IMG/VR virus record: IMGVR_UViG_3300027903_000007
Location: 1-57,695 of that record
Source of the DNA: a virus
Lineage: Duplodnaviria; Caudoviricetes
Strand: one strand, 5' to 3'
DNA: 57,695 nt
Shown here: piece by piece, positions 1 to 9,414 of the stretch
Layout of the letters: every line of letters begins with the position of its first letter
Position numbering within the stretch: the first letter of the stretch is position 1
Notes under the pieces: model-generated
The model's database searches: none
Told to the model about the DNA's origin: nothing
The model's input: the letters and a program-made list of their open reading frames with translations, nothing else
Made by a program: the position numbers and the translations under genes

Positions 1-677
1 ATACATACGAAAGCACCGGGTTTCATTCGTTTGCGATGAGCATGAGCACATAACCACATAGAAGCATTAAATTCATTATAACTACTAAGATTACTGAGGT
101 CCTCTTGTTGATCACTGTACTTCTCCAAATTAAAATAGGGAGGACAGGTGATAGCACAGTCAAATAAGCCATCAATAGCAAGGAAACGACCATCTCCTTT
201 GACATAGGTTACCCCTTTGAGTTTTAGTCTTTTGAGAAGGGTTTCATTTTCTTCAATTTGTTTAGAGCGGATTTCAAATCCAGTGTATTTGTGGCCCATA
301 ATACTAGAGACAAGACCGCGAGGGGGACCCCCAGCAAAAGCATCCAGAATATGAGATCCAATGTTTCCTGCATATCTGACAATGATCATCTCCATGAGTG
401 GGGCTGGGAACACACTGTGAGTGCCTGTGTAGATGCTTTGGTGATCTTTTCTGAAAGACTGATCACGGGCACCACTATGGCCAGTTTCATCTGTCAACCT
501 GCGCCAATCACGAACCCGACGTTTGATGATTTCGTCAGTATTCCATACTGTGGTTGTTGTAGCAAACCAATCTTTCCCTTGAGCCGGGCGCACATATGCT
601 TGTTGTGGTGTTATCAGAAGTGGTTTTGAAGTAATTAGTGTTTTGCCACTATTTTTGTCAAATCTTTTGAACAGCAT
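1..677 (-). CDS. DNA amino-methyltransferase (N6-A/N4-C type), runs off the left edge
   Basis: Not in the ORF track. Hand translation from ATG 677 is open to base 1: SAM-binding motif I 'ILDAFAGG', 'YTGFEI', 'KGDG' and catalytic motif IV 'TCPPY'. Confidence 0.85.
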   Translation of the reverse strand, partial: MLFKRFDKNSGKTLITSKPLLITPQQAYVRPAQGKDWFATTTTVWNTDEIIKRRVRDWRRLTDETGHSGARDQSFRKDHQSIYTGTHSVFPAPLMEMIIVRYAGNIGSHILDAFAGGPPRGLVSSIMGHKYTGFEIRSKQIEENETLLKRLKLKGVTYVKGDGRFLAIDGLFDCAITCPPYFNLEKYSDQQEDLSNLSSYNEFNASMWLCAHAHRKRMKPGAFVC

Positions 678-678
678 T

Positions 679-852
679 TTATACCAACTTTCGTCGAATG
701 TTATGGACAAAAGTTGATACTGTTGATTGGGAAATTCCAAATTGTTTTGCAAGGCTACCTTGTGTTTTACCTAAGTTATATAATTTTCGTATTTCAATAA
801 CATCTTGGGATACTTCATAATTTGAAAAATCAGCTATAGTTTTCCAAAGCAT
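679..852 (-). pseudogene. Internally deleted NUMOD4-HNH-HTH homing endonuclease remnant
   Basis: NUMOD4-like start 'WKTIADFSNYEVS' is joined directly to a C-terminal HTH 'VIEIRKLY..TQGSLAKQFGISQSTVS'; no HNH core lies between. Confidence 0.6.
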
Positions 853-853
853 A

Positions 854-1129
854 TCAGTTATCCCAGTCATTAAAATAGCGACGCGAGGGAGGTGGCGGCA
901 ATCGGAAGGGCGGCATGCCGGGTGCTTCTCTTCTCACGTATGGGTCTCCCCATTTTGGACCCCCACAATCTCCATAGTAAATACATGGCACGTATTGAGG
1001 GCCATAGGGACGAGGGCGTGGTTCATAATCCCGACGATCCCTGCTCCACATTGGCGGTCCGGGGTATTGTGCTGTTGCAGGTACAGTGAAAATCACTAGC
1101 GTTGCTAGAGCTAGAGCATAACATTTCAT
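854..1129 (-). CDS. Small exported Pro/Tyr-rich protein
   Basis: Signal-peptide-like N-terminus ending ATA-Q; AGGAAA upstream. Confidence 0.55.
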   Translation of the reverse strand: MKCYALALATLVIFTVPATAQYPGPPMWSRDRRDYEPRPRPYGPQYVPCIYYGDCGGPKWGDPYVRREAPGMPPFRLPPPPSRRYFNDWDN

Positions 1130-1237
1130 GTAGTTTCCTTTTCTGATTAATACGCAAGTAGGGAGATTGGCAGTGACGGACGAGGTAACTTACCAATCTC
1201 CCTCTCATTGACCCCTCGGGGAAAGGGCCAATTCAGT

Positions 1238-1804
1238 TTAAGCCCTAAAAGGAGCGTGAAGTTCCTTCATTCTGGCTCTGTAGTTCTGTAACTGTTTTTG
1301 ATAGTTAGAGTCAGCAAGCATGGATTGACGATCTTGTTGACGCTGTTTTTGCCAAAGTTCGATGCGTTTTGTGTTGCCATCATACCAGACTTTGGCAGCC
1401 TCTAGCCACTCAGAATATGACTGCATGAACAGTTGTGGCGAATCTTCATCTTTTGAGAAACGCTCAACCATGCTTTCGATGGATTTCCAGTCCGGTTCAG
1501 AGCTGCCATAGCCCTTTAGAGGGCCATAGCAAAGTCTTTCCATTATCTCGTATGGAACACCTCGCATGCAGCCATAGGCAAGGTGGCTGTTACGGGCGTC
1601 TTGTTTTAGCTCAATGCGATGCCATCGGTGTGACCAAAAGTTATTTTCGGCATAGGATTGAGAAAGCACTGCTTTTTCTGTAAGTAATGCTTTTTGACGT
1701 TGCCGGGCAAATTTGGCTCGTGCTTTCCATTTTTCCTCCTGTCGCCTGATGTACGTCATTTCGGCAGCAAGAATGAACACTTTGACTTTCAGATGTGATC
1801 TCAT
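1238..1804 (-). CDS. Conserved phage hypothetical protein (LKxKxxxLAAE...HLAYG..RG.PY type)
   Basis: 188 aa ORF with an AGGA SD lying in a leader hairpin. Confidence 0.7.
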   Translation of the reverse strand: MRSHLKVKVFILAAEMTYIRRQEEKWKARAKFARQRQKALLTEKAVLSQSYAENNFWSHRWHRIELKQDARNSHLAYGCMRGVPYEIMERLCYGPLKGYGSSEPDWKSIESMVERFSKDEDSPQLFMQSYSEWLEAAKVWYDGNTKRIELWQKQRQQDRQSMLADSNYQKQLQNYRARMKELHAPFRA

Positions 1805-1888
1805 GTTTTGTTCCTAGAGGTTGGGGTTATATGAACTATTCTTAGGCCTCTAGGAGGCCCTCTTGGTAATCTACCAGAAGTGGATCAT
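1805..1888 (-). promoter_or_regulatory. Leader peptide / translational attenuator candidate
   Basis: MIHFW-TAG mini-ORF (1888-1871); RGPP codons in the +1 frame; 9-bp stem TCCTAGAGG/CCTCTAGGA covers the downstream SD. Confidence 0.5.
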
Positions 1889-1891
1889 GAC

Positions 1892-2035
1892 TTATCTCTT
1901 TGCCTTGCGGTTCATAGAACCGGGTTGACGGTACGCTGCTGGATTATTTCCGTGTGGAAGTGATTTCAGTGTGTTGGAATGAGCAATCTTTCGCTCATTT
2001 AGTACTCTTTGCTTTCGTCGCAGTATCTTGCCCAT
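1892..2035 (-). CDS. Small basic hypothetical protein (47 aa)
   Basis: Hand-translated MGKILRRKQR...; AGGAAA SD. Confidence 0.5.
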   Translation of the reverse strand: MGKILRRKQRVLNERKIAHSNTLKSLPHGNNPAAYRQPGSMNRKAKR

Positions 2036-2049
2036 TGTATTTCCTGTTG

Positions 2050-2119
2050 TGACGCTCGGTGGGGGAATTGAACCCCCACCACATGGGGTTAGAAATCCTG
2101 TGGCCCACCGAGGCCGAGC
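2050..2119 (-). tRNA. Atypical tRNA-like gene, probably Arg(TCT), with a reduced D-arm
   Basis: Acceptor GCTCGG/CCGAGC, T-arm GGGGG-TTCAATT-CCCCC, loop TT-TCT-AA; ends G-TCA rather than CCA; anticodon stem imperfect. Confidence 0.55.
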
Positions 2120-2728
2120 TTATTGCTTTTTGGCTTCATCCTTTTCTTGAGAAGACCAATCCATGGTGGCTCCAGTAGCAGCGTAGTCAGCACGTTTTTG
2201 GCTCATTTTTCCCATGGTGGCACTCAAGTTTCTTGTTGAAGAGTTCACACTCTGTCCACCAGCACTGCCATAACTGGTAGCTTGCATAGCGTTGTCGAAG
2301 TTGGCACCGAGGAAAATCACCTGCCAATCTTTGGCACGACAGTTATCCAAGAGTGCTTTAGCTTGAGGTACACTCAATTCTTTGCTGTCATTCTCCGCAC
2401 CATCTGTCATGATGATAAGGGCCAATTTGTCGTATTTCCCAGCTTCTGCCAATTGCACAATCTTTGCAGTTGCATCATTAAGCGGGGTCATGCCACGAGG
2501 CTCGGCATCTTTGTTACTTACAGGCTGCCATGTTTCTGGGGTGATCCGATCACGGATGATTTCAAATCGGAGCCCATTAACCCCATCAAAGGTAGCAAGA
2601 GTGACGCCAGTATCCACTTTTTTATCTGCTAGATCTTTGACGTAGGTATTGATGGCTCCAAGAGCTTCATCCCATTGGCTCGCCATAGAGCCAGATCGGT
2701 CAAGTAGAATAAAATCGTGTTGTAGCAT
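2120..2728 (-). CDS. vWA domain protein
   Basis: MIDAS 'LLDRSGSM', 'GMTPLNDA', 'IMTDGAEN'. Confidence 0.85.
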   Translation of the reverse strand: MLQHDFILLDRSGSMASQWDEALGAINTYVKDLADKKVDTGVTLATFDGVNGLRFEIIRDRITPETWQPVSNKDAEPRGMTPLNDATAKIVQLAEAGKYDKLALIIMTDGAENDSKELSVPQAKALLDNCRAKDWQVIFLGANFDNAMQATSYGSAGGQSVNSSTRNLSATMGKMSQKRADYAATGATMDWSSQEKDEAKKQ

Positions 2729-2729
2729 G

Positions 2730-3500
2730 TTACTTCACTTTCTTTTTTACTGGTGTTGCTTTTGAGGTGGCTCTTTTACCAAGTTCATTTTTGTGTGTCA
2801 GCTTGATAATATGACCTTCCTTCTCCATCTTATGTCCGTTAGCAACACAGCGGGCCAAGATGTTATAATAGGTACCTCCCAGCTTAAGTTTGATTTCAGT
2901 TGCGGTGGCTCCTTGTTCAAATAAGGCTAAAGCTTTGGAGTTTTTGCTTCCTTCCATACAGCCCCATTTATCAAGGATAACGTCCTCGTCATTATGCAGT
3001 GGATGGACTCTATTAGGGGCTGATTTTTGAGGCTTCTTACGTTCTGGGCTTGGAACTTGTTTAGCAAATTTCTTACTTTTCTTTCTACTTTTTGGTTTTT
3101 CCTTCAGAATCTTTACTGGGGATGGTTCTTCAATTTCAGCTTCAACTTCTTCAGTTTCAGCCTCAACTTCTTCATCCTCAGTTTCAGGTTCATCATCTTC
3201 ATGAACTTCACCCGTTTCAGGATCAATATTTTCTTCGTTATCATCAGGACCTTCTGGGTCATCCTCACCTGTGGTGGGATCAAGATCATCGAAGTCAACT
3301 ATTTCTTCATTTTTTGAATTGTGGGCTTCAACTGCTGCATTTACCCAAAAGGCAGTTTCATCTGTCAGAGCGTCGAAGTCGTCATCAGTCAGCTTAGCTA
3401 CAGCATTCAGGATGGACTTTAGATAGTCCTGTCGATTGGCATATTTTTGACGTGCCTTGTAGCCGGTAGCTTCTATTAGCTCACGTTCAATGTCGTGCAT
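2730..3500 (-). CDS. Acidic-linker protein with a C-terminal DUF3489-like winged helix
   Basis: D/E-rich middle, K-rich patch, then 'WGCMEGSKNSKALALFEQGATATEI'. Confidence 0.6.
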   Translation of the reverse strand: MHDIERELIEATGYKARQKYANRQDYLKSILNAVAKLTDDDFDALTDETAFWVNAAVEAHNSKNEEIVDFDDLDPTTGEDDPEGPDDNEENIDPETGEVHEDDEPETEDEEVEAETEEVEAEIEEPSPVKILKEKPKSRKKSKKFAKQVPSPERKKPQKSAPNRVHPLHNDEDVILDKWGCMEGSKNSKALALFEQGATATEIKLKLGGTYYNILARCVANGHKMEKEGHIIKLTHKNELGKRATSKATPVKKKVK

Positions 3501-3514
3501 TTTGCCCTCAAGAA

Positions 3515-4054
3515 TTAGGAGTTAGCGAAGTAGCTTCGCAATTCACCAACGGGGTCAGACATTGACAAAGAAAAGCGCCTTTTCAAGCGCATATTGTGAT
3601 TTTCTCTCTGAGACATTGTCCTAGTTGGTCTATCCAACTTGAGCCTAACTCTGCCTGTCGTCAAGGCCCGTAGAACTGTTTTTAGCTCATCGGGCAGTTC
3701 ATCAAGGAGCAATGCTAGATGCCCATAATTTGGGGTGCCCTCTAGGTGCAAGGCATCAACTATGTCATCAAGACATATATTCTGATCGATGACGGATTTT
3801 TCTTTCAATCTGGCCTTGTCAATGAACATTCTATTCAGTGAAGTTCTATACAAGGCAAAAAAATGCCGCATGTCATTTACAATAGGATATTTCTTTTCAA
3901 GGGTAAAAAATAACACCCTCGCATCTTGCATTATGTCACTGAATTCTTCTATTCTGTCAAAACGCCAGAGGTTTTTTCGAACCTGCTTTATGGTCCAATA
4001 TTCAACCTGTTTTGACCAGATGGGATGCCACGATAATTGAGCACGCTCTTTCAT
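3515..4054 (-). CDS. ECF sigma-factor-like protein (region 2 recognisable, region 4 degenerate)
   Basis: 'SDIMQDARVLF..FFALYRTSLNRMFIDKAR' and 'LDELPDELKTVL'; ATG 4054 has an AGGGG SD. Confidence 0.5.
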   Translation of the reverse strand: MKERAQLSWHPIWSKQVEYWTIKQVRKNLWRFDRIEEFSDIMQDARVLFFTLEKKYPIVNDMRHFFALYRTSLNRMFIDKARLKEKSVIDQNICLDDIVDALHLEGTPNYGHLALLLDELPDELKTVLRALTTGRVRLKLDRPTRTMSQRENHNMRLKRRFSLSMSDPVGELRSYFANS

Positions 4055-4121
4055 GTGATGCCCCTTTGATAAGGTATGGGGCAGTGAAATTGTCAAAGAG
4101 GTAGCACAGAAGTCAATACCA

Positions 4122-5240
4122 CTAGGGCTTGCGTGATAGCCGCCTCAAGAGAGCGTTATTTCGTGTCATGGTATTGGCTAAGGTATTTGCTCTGTTTAAA
4201 ACGCTCTGTGCGAGCGCAGACAATCTACCTCTGCCCCACCAACCTTGGAACAATTTAGTTCCAAGGTGGTCCAAATCTTCAGTTTCTAACTCACTGGGAT
4301 CATCATAACCATCGGGTAAGTTAGCCACTTTGGCACCCAGCCACTCAGCTAGATCATTGGCAGGTTTTTCTGCTCCATGATCGAACAGAATCCATGTCTC
4401 ATTAAAGTTTTTCTTAAGCGCTCGTAGTAGTGCTATTTGACTGATTGTACAGGATGTTCCAAAGGTGCAGGTAGCCCTGAAGAATATAGGATTGTAGCCT
4501 TTATGAGTGAAATTATGATTGTCTATTCTGATAGCATCAAAAGGGCCTTCAGTGATAATTAAGCGATCACCCCCATCCTTTAATTCATCGAAGTTGAATA
4601 TGAAAGCTTTAACGTCTTCAGAGCTGGCAAGATAGCGTGGGGCATTCAATGGTTTGCCCAGAGCACGACTGGTCCAACCAATCAATTCGTCACTGTGTCT
4701 GACGGGGATGATGATTCTATCTTTGTATCTCCCCGTAAGGGAACAACGAAGATCGTAGTGTTCAATGACGTCTTGAGGATTTTCATATCCACGGGATTGA
4801 AGGTATTCAAAGAAGCGGCGTGTAATGCCCCGTACCTTGATGCGGTTGAAGTCTTTAAATTGCGGCCCTAATTGCTGACGCTTAGCTTGCTTGGCTATGT
4901 CTTCGTCATGCTTAATAACACCCCTATTGTCAGCTTCAAGAACAGCTAGTGCTGCTTCCAATGTATCAGGATCACTATGACTATATTGCTTGACTATGAA
5001 GCCAGCTTGGGGACTGGAACAGCCAAGGATGGCTTTTATAAGGGTACGTGGAGATTTCCCACGATGCTCGGCATCACGGTGACAACCCCATTTGGATGTT
5101 TGAAGGTTAATTCCTAAGTGTTCTGAAGGGTCATCTTCACCACACATTGGACATTGGATGGATAGTTCACCGCGTTTAGTATTAGGCCCTCGGGTGACGT
5201 AATGAATATTGTTTTCATCTAGGAACCTCTGCCAATCCAT
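4122..5240 (-). CDS. DNA primase (Zn finger + TOPRIM)
   Basis: 'CPMCGEDDPSEHL', 'RIIIPV..IGWTSR', 'IITEGPFDA', 'LFDH', 'DDPSE'. Confidence 0.85.
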   Translation of the reverse strand: MDWQRFLDENNIHYVTRGPNTKRGELSIQCPMCGEDDPSEHLGINLQTSKWGCHRDAEHRGKSPRTLIKAILGCSSPQAGFIVKQYSHSDPDTLEAALAVLEADNRGVIKHDEDIAKQAKRQQLGPQFKDFNRIKVRGITRRFFEYLQSRGYENPQDVIEHYDLRCSLTGRYKDRIIIPVRHSDELIGWTSRALGKPLNAPRYLASSEDVKAFIFNFDELKDGGDRLIITEGPFDAIRIDNHNFTHKGYNPIFFRATCTFGTSCTISQIALLRALKKNFNETWILFDHGAEKPANDLAEWLGAKVANLPDGYDDPSELETEDLDHLGTKLFQGWWGRGRLSALAQSVLNRANTLANTMTRNNALLRRLSRKP

Positions 5241-5451
5241 TTTGTTTTTCCCCCTTTTTCTTATAGTAGAATTTTAGTGCTGCTTTTATTATTCGGGCTT
5301 TGAACTCAGGATCTGTTTTATAGCGAAATCGCGTGTGCTCGGCGCGACAAGCTCTACACGCAGAGTATTTTTTACCTTTTGATTTGATCAAGATTGTGTT
5401 CTTGGTTGTGAAGACATGGCCTTTCTTACAACGGCGTTGTTTGCGTCGCAT
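5215..5451 (-). CDS. Small Zn-finger protein of the HNH-associated CxxGH...CxxC type
   Basis: 'CKKGHVFTTKNT...CRAC'. Confidence 0.55.
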   Translation of the reverse strand: MRRKQRRCKKGHVFTTKNTILIKSKGKKYSACRACRAEHTRFRYKTDPEFKARIIKAALKFYYKKKGEKQNGLAEVPR

Positions 5452-5600
5452 TTAAGATAATTTCCTTTGCCTTAGCCAACAAGAGTGGCCTCATATCACC
5501 ACAAAGATGTGAATTTGCTGGATCAACTTGTTCAGCAAATTCATCTAGACAAGCTATTATTTCTTCCTTGGTGATAGGATATTCTACTGTATTTCTCATA

Positions 5601-6704
5601 TTAGTGCCTTACCCCAAATCCAATTTTTCTTATTTCTGTTGTTTTGCCCTGATTGAATAGTTCAGCCAAGCTATAGCTGGGATCGGCCTTTTTGATAGGA
5701 GGGACCATCCCACCTGCTTTAGCAGCCGCTTGTGCCTCGGTATAGTTGAGCAATCTTGTATGCAGGACACCATAGCACCTGCCGGGCCGGATCAAGGCAT
5801 CATCTATGTTCTGAAAATCCAAGATATTGGTGGTGAACACCATTTTCTTGTTGGGTATTTTGATCAGACCATCTGAAATATTTAAGAATCTAGACATCAG
5901 CCTATTTCCATCTCGTTCCCGAGAAGTCAACACGGTATCGGCATCTTCAACAATCATGATGTCGCCGCCAAGTATATCCTCTGCTGGTACTTTTTCACCA
6001 TATGGTGTTGGTATGTTATCCCTATCTCCAAACAGAAAGGACTGAAATGGGCTATCGCGTTCCATCAAACGCTCATCGTAAATAATATGAGCGCTGAGTT
6101 TGTACTTTGTAATCAGATGCCGCAGCAGCGTCGTTTTGCCGGTTCCCGGTGGACCTGTTATTAAAAGCACGGACTCATTTGAATGCATGTAATCTTCAAG
6201 ATATTGTTCAGGATCTTCTAGACCTGGGTAATACTCCTTTAATATTTTATCTCCCATGGAAGGTAAATAAAACTCACGGGTATCCTCACCGTGCTTGCCA
6301 ATAAACCACCATTTGATGACTGGCATATGGTTTCGAGAAAAGTCTTCACTGATTTGCTGCAGGAGATGATCAAGAGCATCAGCTTGTGCTGTAATATCTA
6401 TTCTGTATTTACAAACGTCCCCGTGATCCTCAATATAGGCCCAAATCAGAACTGGTGATCTTTTTAAATGTCCAGTTATAACGATTGTGCGGTTATCAAG
6501 AGGCATTGTTATCCTAGCTTCGGTGAGATAGGATTTAAGCTTGAGTATCACGCTTCGTTTTGAGTTTATTTGAATGCTCAATGCCACTTCATACTTGCCA
6601 AAGAAAAAATCTCCTTCATTCTCAGCAAGAAATCGCTGACTGACTTGCTGCCACAAGCTCGCATCTTGGACACTAATTTGTTGCATTTCGTATATATTTT
6701 TCAT
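5601..6704 (-). CDS. AAA+ ATPase
   Basis: Walker A GPPGTGKT, Walker B IVEDAD, SRH 'TTN..IDDALIRPGR'. Confidence 0.88.
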   Translation of the reverse strand: MKNIYEMQQISVQDASLWQQVSQRFLAENEGDFFFGKYEVALSIQINSKRSVILKLKSYLTEARITMPLDNRTIVITGHLKRSPVLIWAYIEDHGDVCKYRIDITAQADALDHLLQQISEDFSRNHMPVIKWWFIGKHGEDTREFYLPSMGDKILKEYYPGLEDPEQYLEDYMHSNESVLLITGPPGTGKTTLLRHLITKYKLSAHIIYDERLMERDSPFQSFLFGDRDNIPTPYGEKVPAEDILGGDIMIVEDADTVLTSRERDGNRLMSRFLNISDGLIKIPNKKMVFTTNILDFQNIDDALIRPGRCYGVLHTRLLNYTEAQAAAKAGGMVPPIKKADPSYSLAELFNQGKTTEIRKIGFGVRH

Positions 6705-8242
6705 AGTTTTTGTACGCCCTTCAAAAGTTGATCCAGCAATTTCTTGCCTTGCATGTTTGCATAGAAGATACGTTCATCCACGGTACCTTCCATGAATGGG
6801 TCTATGATCCAGACCGGCTTGGTTTGCCCCGCACGGTAGATCCTTTTTTCGCCCTGTTGGCGGTTGATAGGTGAATCTGGTTCTTCAAAAAAGAACATAT
6901 AATTCGCGTGTTGTAGGTTGAGGGAGGTGGAACCAGATTGGTCGTTAAGAACCAAGACGCGGCAGTTGTCATCGTCCCTAAACCGCTTGAGTTCACCAAG
7001 TACGTCTTTCTGCCCAGACCAGATTCGAGCATGTCGGATTTTTCGGGCCTTAAGGCGCTCGCTGATAAGGTGATTAGTGTGAACAAAATGATGGAAAACG
7101 ACCATCTTACTCTCTTGGCCCATGGCATCAATGTATTCCTCCAGTAGGTCCAGTTTGGGGTTAGTGTCAAATGATACTTTGATCTTGGCGTCATTTTGGC
7201 CGTCTACGGTCATAAAGCCAGATGCCAATTGTCTTAGCTGCATATAACTGACTTCTGCTGCTCGGGTGCCGCCTGCCTTCAAGGCAGCTATGAACTCCTC
7301 AGCTGCTTTGCTGACATACCCCTCTATGGCTGTAGGAAGTGGCACTTTCCGTTTGATATACCGCTTAGCGGGTAGATCATGCATCTCACTGGCAGCATAG
7401 TGAATGGAACTGTGTTTGATCACTTTATTAAGGAGTGGCATTTTTTTCTTATCAAAAACGTATTCGTCAAATTTGGTAAAGTAATTTCGCTTCTTGATAA
7501 AAAATGCTTCTTGGAATAGGCCTTTGGTTTCTCCTAACGTCTCGCCAAAATCAATCAAGTGAAACTGCGCCCAGATATCACCTACATCCTTGCCAAAAGG
7601 TGTGCCTGATAGGCCCATCCCGTATTCACAGCCCGCACTGACGGTTTGGCACATACGATAGGTGAGTGTTCTCAAATCTGAGCATTTGTGAATTTCATCC
7701 ACCACGAAGGTATCAAAACCTTCAAAGACTTTTCGGGTGTTTGCTGGGTCTATTGTCCATCCTTTTCTCTTAGGATGATCCTCTGCCAACATAGCCACAG
7801 CGCTTTGGTAGGCAATCACATAGACATCACCATCCCGCTCTTCAAGCATGCGTAAATTCTGGATAGTAGTGCCAAGCAACGGCACCAGCTTCAAAGCGGG
7901 CGTATGCTTCTTACATTCTTCTATCCACGTATCCACGGCTGATATGTAGGGTACAAAGACAATGGCTAGGGGCTTCTCACCCATCATCTTGCGTCTGAGG
8001 ATGGAAAATAGAACAATCAGTGTCTTGCCTCCACCCATATCTATATGGAGCATGAATCGCTTTAATTCAGTGACGAGCAAGAAACATACGAGCTGGTGTA
8101 GCCATAAATTATTAAAACCCGGTAGAAGTTTCACTTCTATCGAAAATTCTTTAAGTAAAATAGGTCGTCTAAGCTCCTTGAGCCAATCATGACTATCCAT
8201 TTGACGTTCAAGGAACTGTTTTACAACTTTCTTGTTAATCAT
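6701..8242 (-). CDS. SNF2-like SF2 helicase
   Basis: 'DMGGGKT', 'VDEIH', 'LSGTP', 'LNLQ', 'QGEKRIYRAGQ'. Confidence 0.88.
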   Translation of the reverse strand: MINKKVVKQFLERQMDSHDWLKELRRPILLKEFSIEVKLLPGFNNLWLHQLVCFLLVTELKRFMLHIDMGGGKTLIVLFSILRRKMMGEKPLAIVFVPYISAVDTWIEECKKHTPALKLVPLLGTTIQNLRMLEERDGDVYVIAYQSAVAMLAEDHPKRKGWTIDPANTRKVFEGFDTFVVDEIHKCSDLRTLTYRMCQTVSAGCEYGMGLSGTPFGKDVGDIWAQFHLIDFGETLGETKGLFQEAFFIKKRNYFTKFDEYVFDKKKMPLLNKVIKHSSIHYAASEMHDLPAKRYIKRKVPLPTAIEGYVSKAAEEFIAALKAGGTRAAEVSYMQLRQLASGFMTVDGQNDAKIKVSFDTNPKLDLLEEYIDAMGQESKMVVFHHFVHTNHLISERLKARKIRHARIWSGQKDVLGELKRFRDDDNCRVLVLNDQSGSTSLNLQHANYMFFFEEPDSPINRQQGEKRIYRAGQTKPVWIIDPFMEGTVDERIFYANMQGKKLLDQLLKGVQKL

Positions 8243-8942
8243 CAGTTGGGTCTAAGAATTTTCTTGGCGGTAGGCCCTAGCTGACCATTCTGATGGGCCT
8301 GTTTGACTATCTCATAGAAGTCAATCGGGGGCATGGGGAACATGCCTGCGTCTTGTATCCTGATTTGGCCTTCGTCCTCAAACATGCAAATGACAATGCA
8401 TGCCGTGGCGTGCAGTTTTCGAGTCAGCTGTTTGGCTTCCTTAGTCATTTTAACTAAGAGCTCAGCTTTGTCGCGTGCTGTCAGCTTTGGCAGCTTTTCG
8501 ATGATTAGTTTATCCGGATCATCAGTCATTGTAGTCTCCTTGAAGAATACGAATCATCCTGAGGCGAAGTTCTCTTTTTTCTGAGAACTTATGTGCCATC
8601 CATCTAAACATAGGTGGAAGGTCCTCCCATGTAGAGCCTGCATACTGTTCAAGACGACCGTCTGCATCAATCAACAGAAGTGCTAATGCAAACTTTTGAG
8701 CAGGAACGTCTGTATCAGCTTCTGCTAATTTGGCAGCGTCAATAGGATTTAGTGATCTTCGAATGTTCATCTTTCCTCACTTTAGCCAGTGCACGTTGCG
8801 CGGCTTTGATCTGTCCTTGCGTGTTCAAGCCCGCTATCCTGCGCTTGGCGCGCAGGATGCGCAACTCATGTAACCACCAATAGCGCAATTTGAAATATTC
8901 AGGTGTGCGCAGGGGTGGCCTAAGTCTGATCCTTTTTACCAA
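8242..8942 (-). CDS. Three small hypothetical genes (8242-8529, 8522-8770, 8739-8942)
   Basis: Overlapping or abutting ORFs in operon orientation. Confidence 0.55.
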
Positions 8943-9399
8943 ACTTTACCTCCCACAATACTCGACCAACACCTCCGTTGCCAATTGCATCCCGCAAATA
9001 AGAATACTTCAAACTTGATTGAGCCCATGATTTTCTAGCTTTAAGTTCTTTAACGCGTACAAATCCAGCAGCTTTCAGGCTGCCTCCAGTTTCATCTTGT
9101 TGAGTATAAGTTATTACTCTTTGATAACCCATGGCTTTACATGCACGCATTGAAGCCCCATACAACATGGAATTAACATTCTTAGTTCCATCTGTGCAAG
9201 TGCGATTTATTTCAGCAGTTAATCCATCATCAAAATGACGGGCAATTGGTCGTCCTACCATTGCTACCCCAACAAGCTTGTCATTATTTTCTACACTTAT
9301 TGAGAATTTATGACCGCGTGGAGCCTTATTATGTCGATGCAATGCAGTGACAAAAGCACATGCTTTTCTGAATGTAATTGGGCGAATAACCAAACTCAT
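8920..9399 (-). CDS. XF1762 family / Mom-like GNAT-fold protein
   Basis: 'FVTALHRH..PRGHKFSI..GVAMVGRPIAR..EINRTCTDG..SMLY..ITYT..ETGGSLKAAGF'. Confidence 0.75.
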   Translation of the reverse strand: MSLVIRPITFRKACAFVTALHRHNKAPRGHKFSISVENNDKLVGVAMVGRPIARHFDDGLTAEINRTCTDGTKNVNSMLYGASMRACKAMGYQRVITYTQQDETGGSLKAAGFVRVKELKARKSWAQSSLKYSYLRDAIGNGGVGRVLWEVKFGKKDQT

Positions 9400-9414
9400 T
9401 CTTCACTTTCACCA

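Noticed and set aside
23-629. Track ORFs 23-205 (-) and 258-629 (+)
   Set aside because: They are shadows of the methyltransferase frame 677 to <1.
2050-2119. Amber suppressor (CUA) tRNA and TAG recoding
   Set aside because: The loop registers best as TT-TCT-AA, and a CTA register breaks the stem. TAG ends many genes normally. Several late TAG stops are in frame with the next gene, but so are several TAA and TGA stops.
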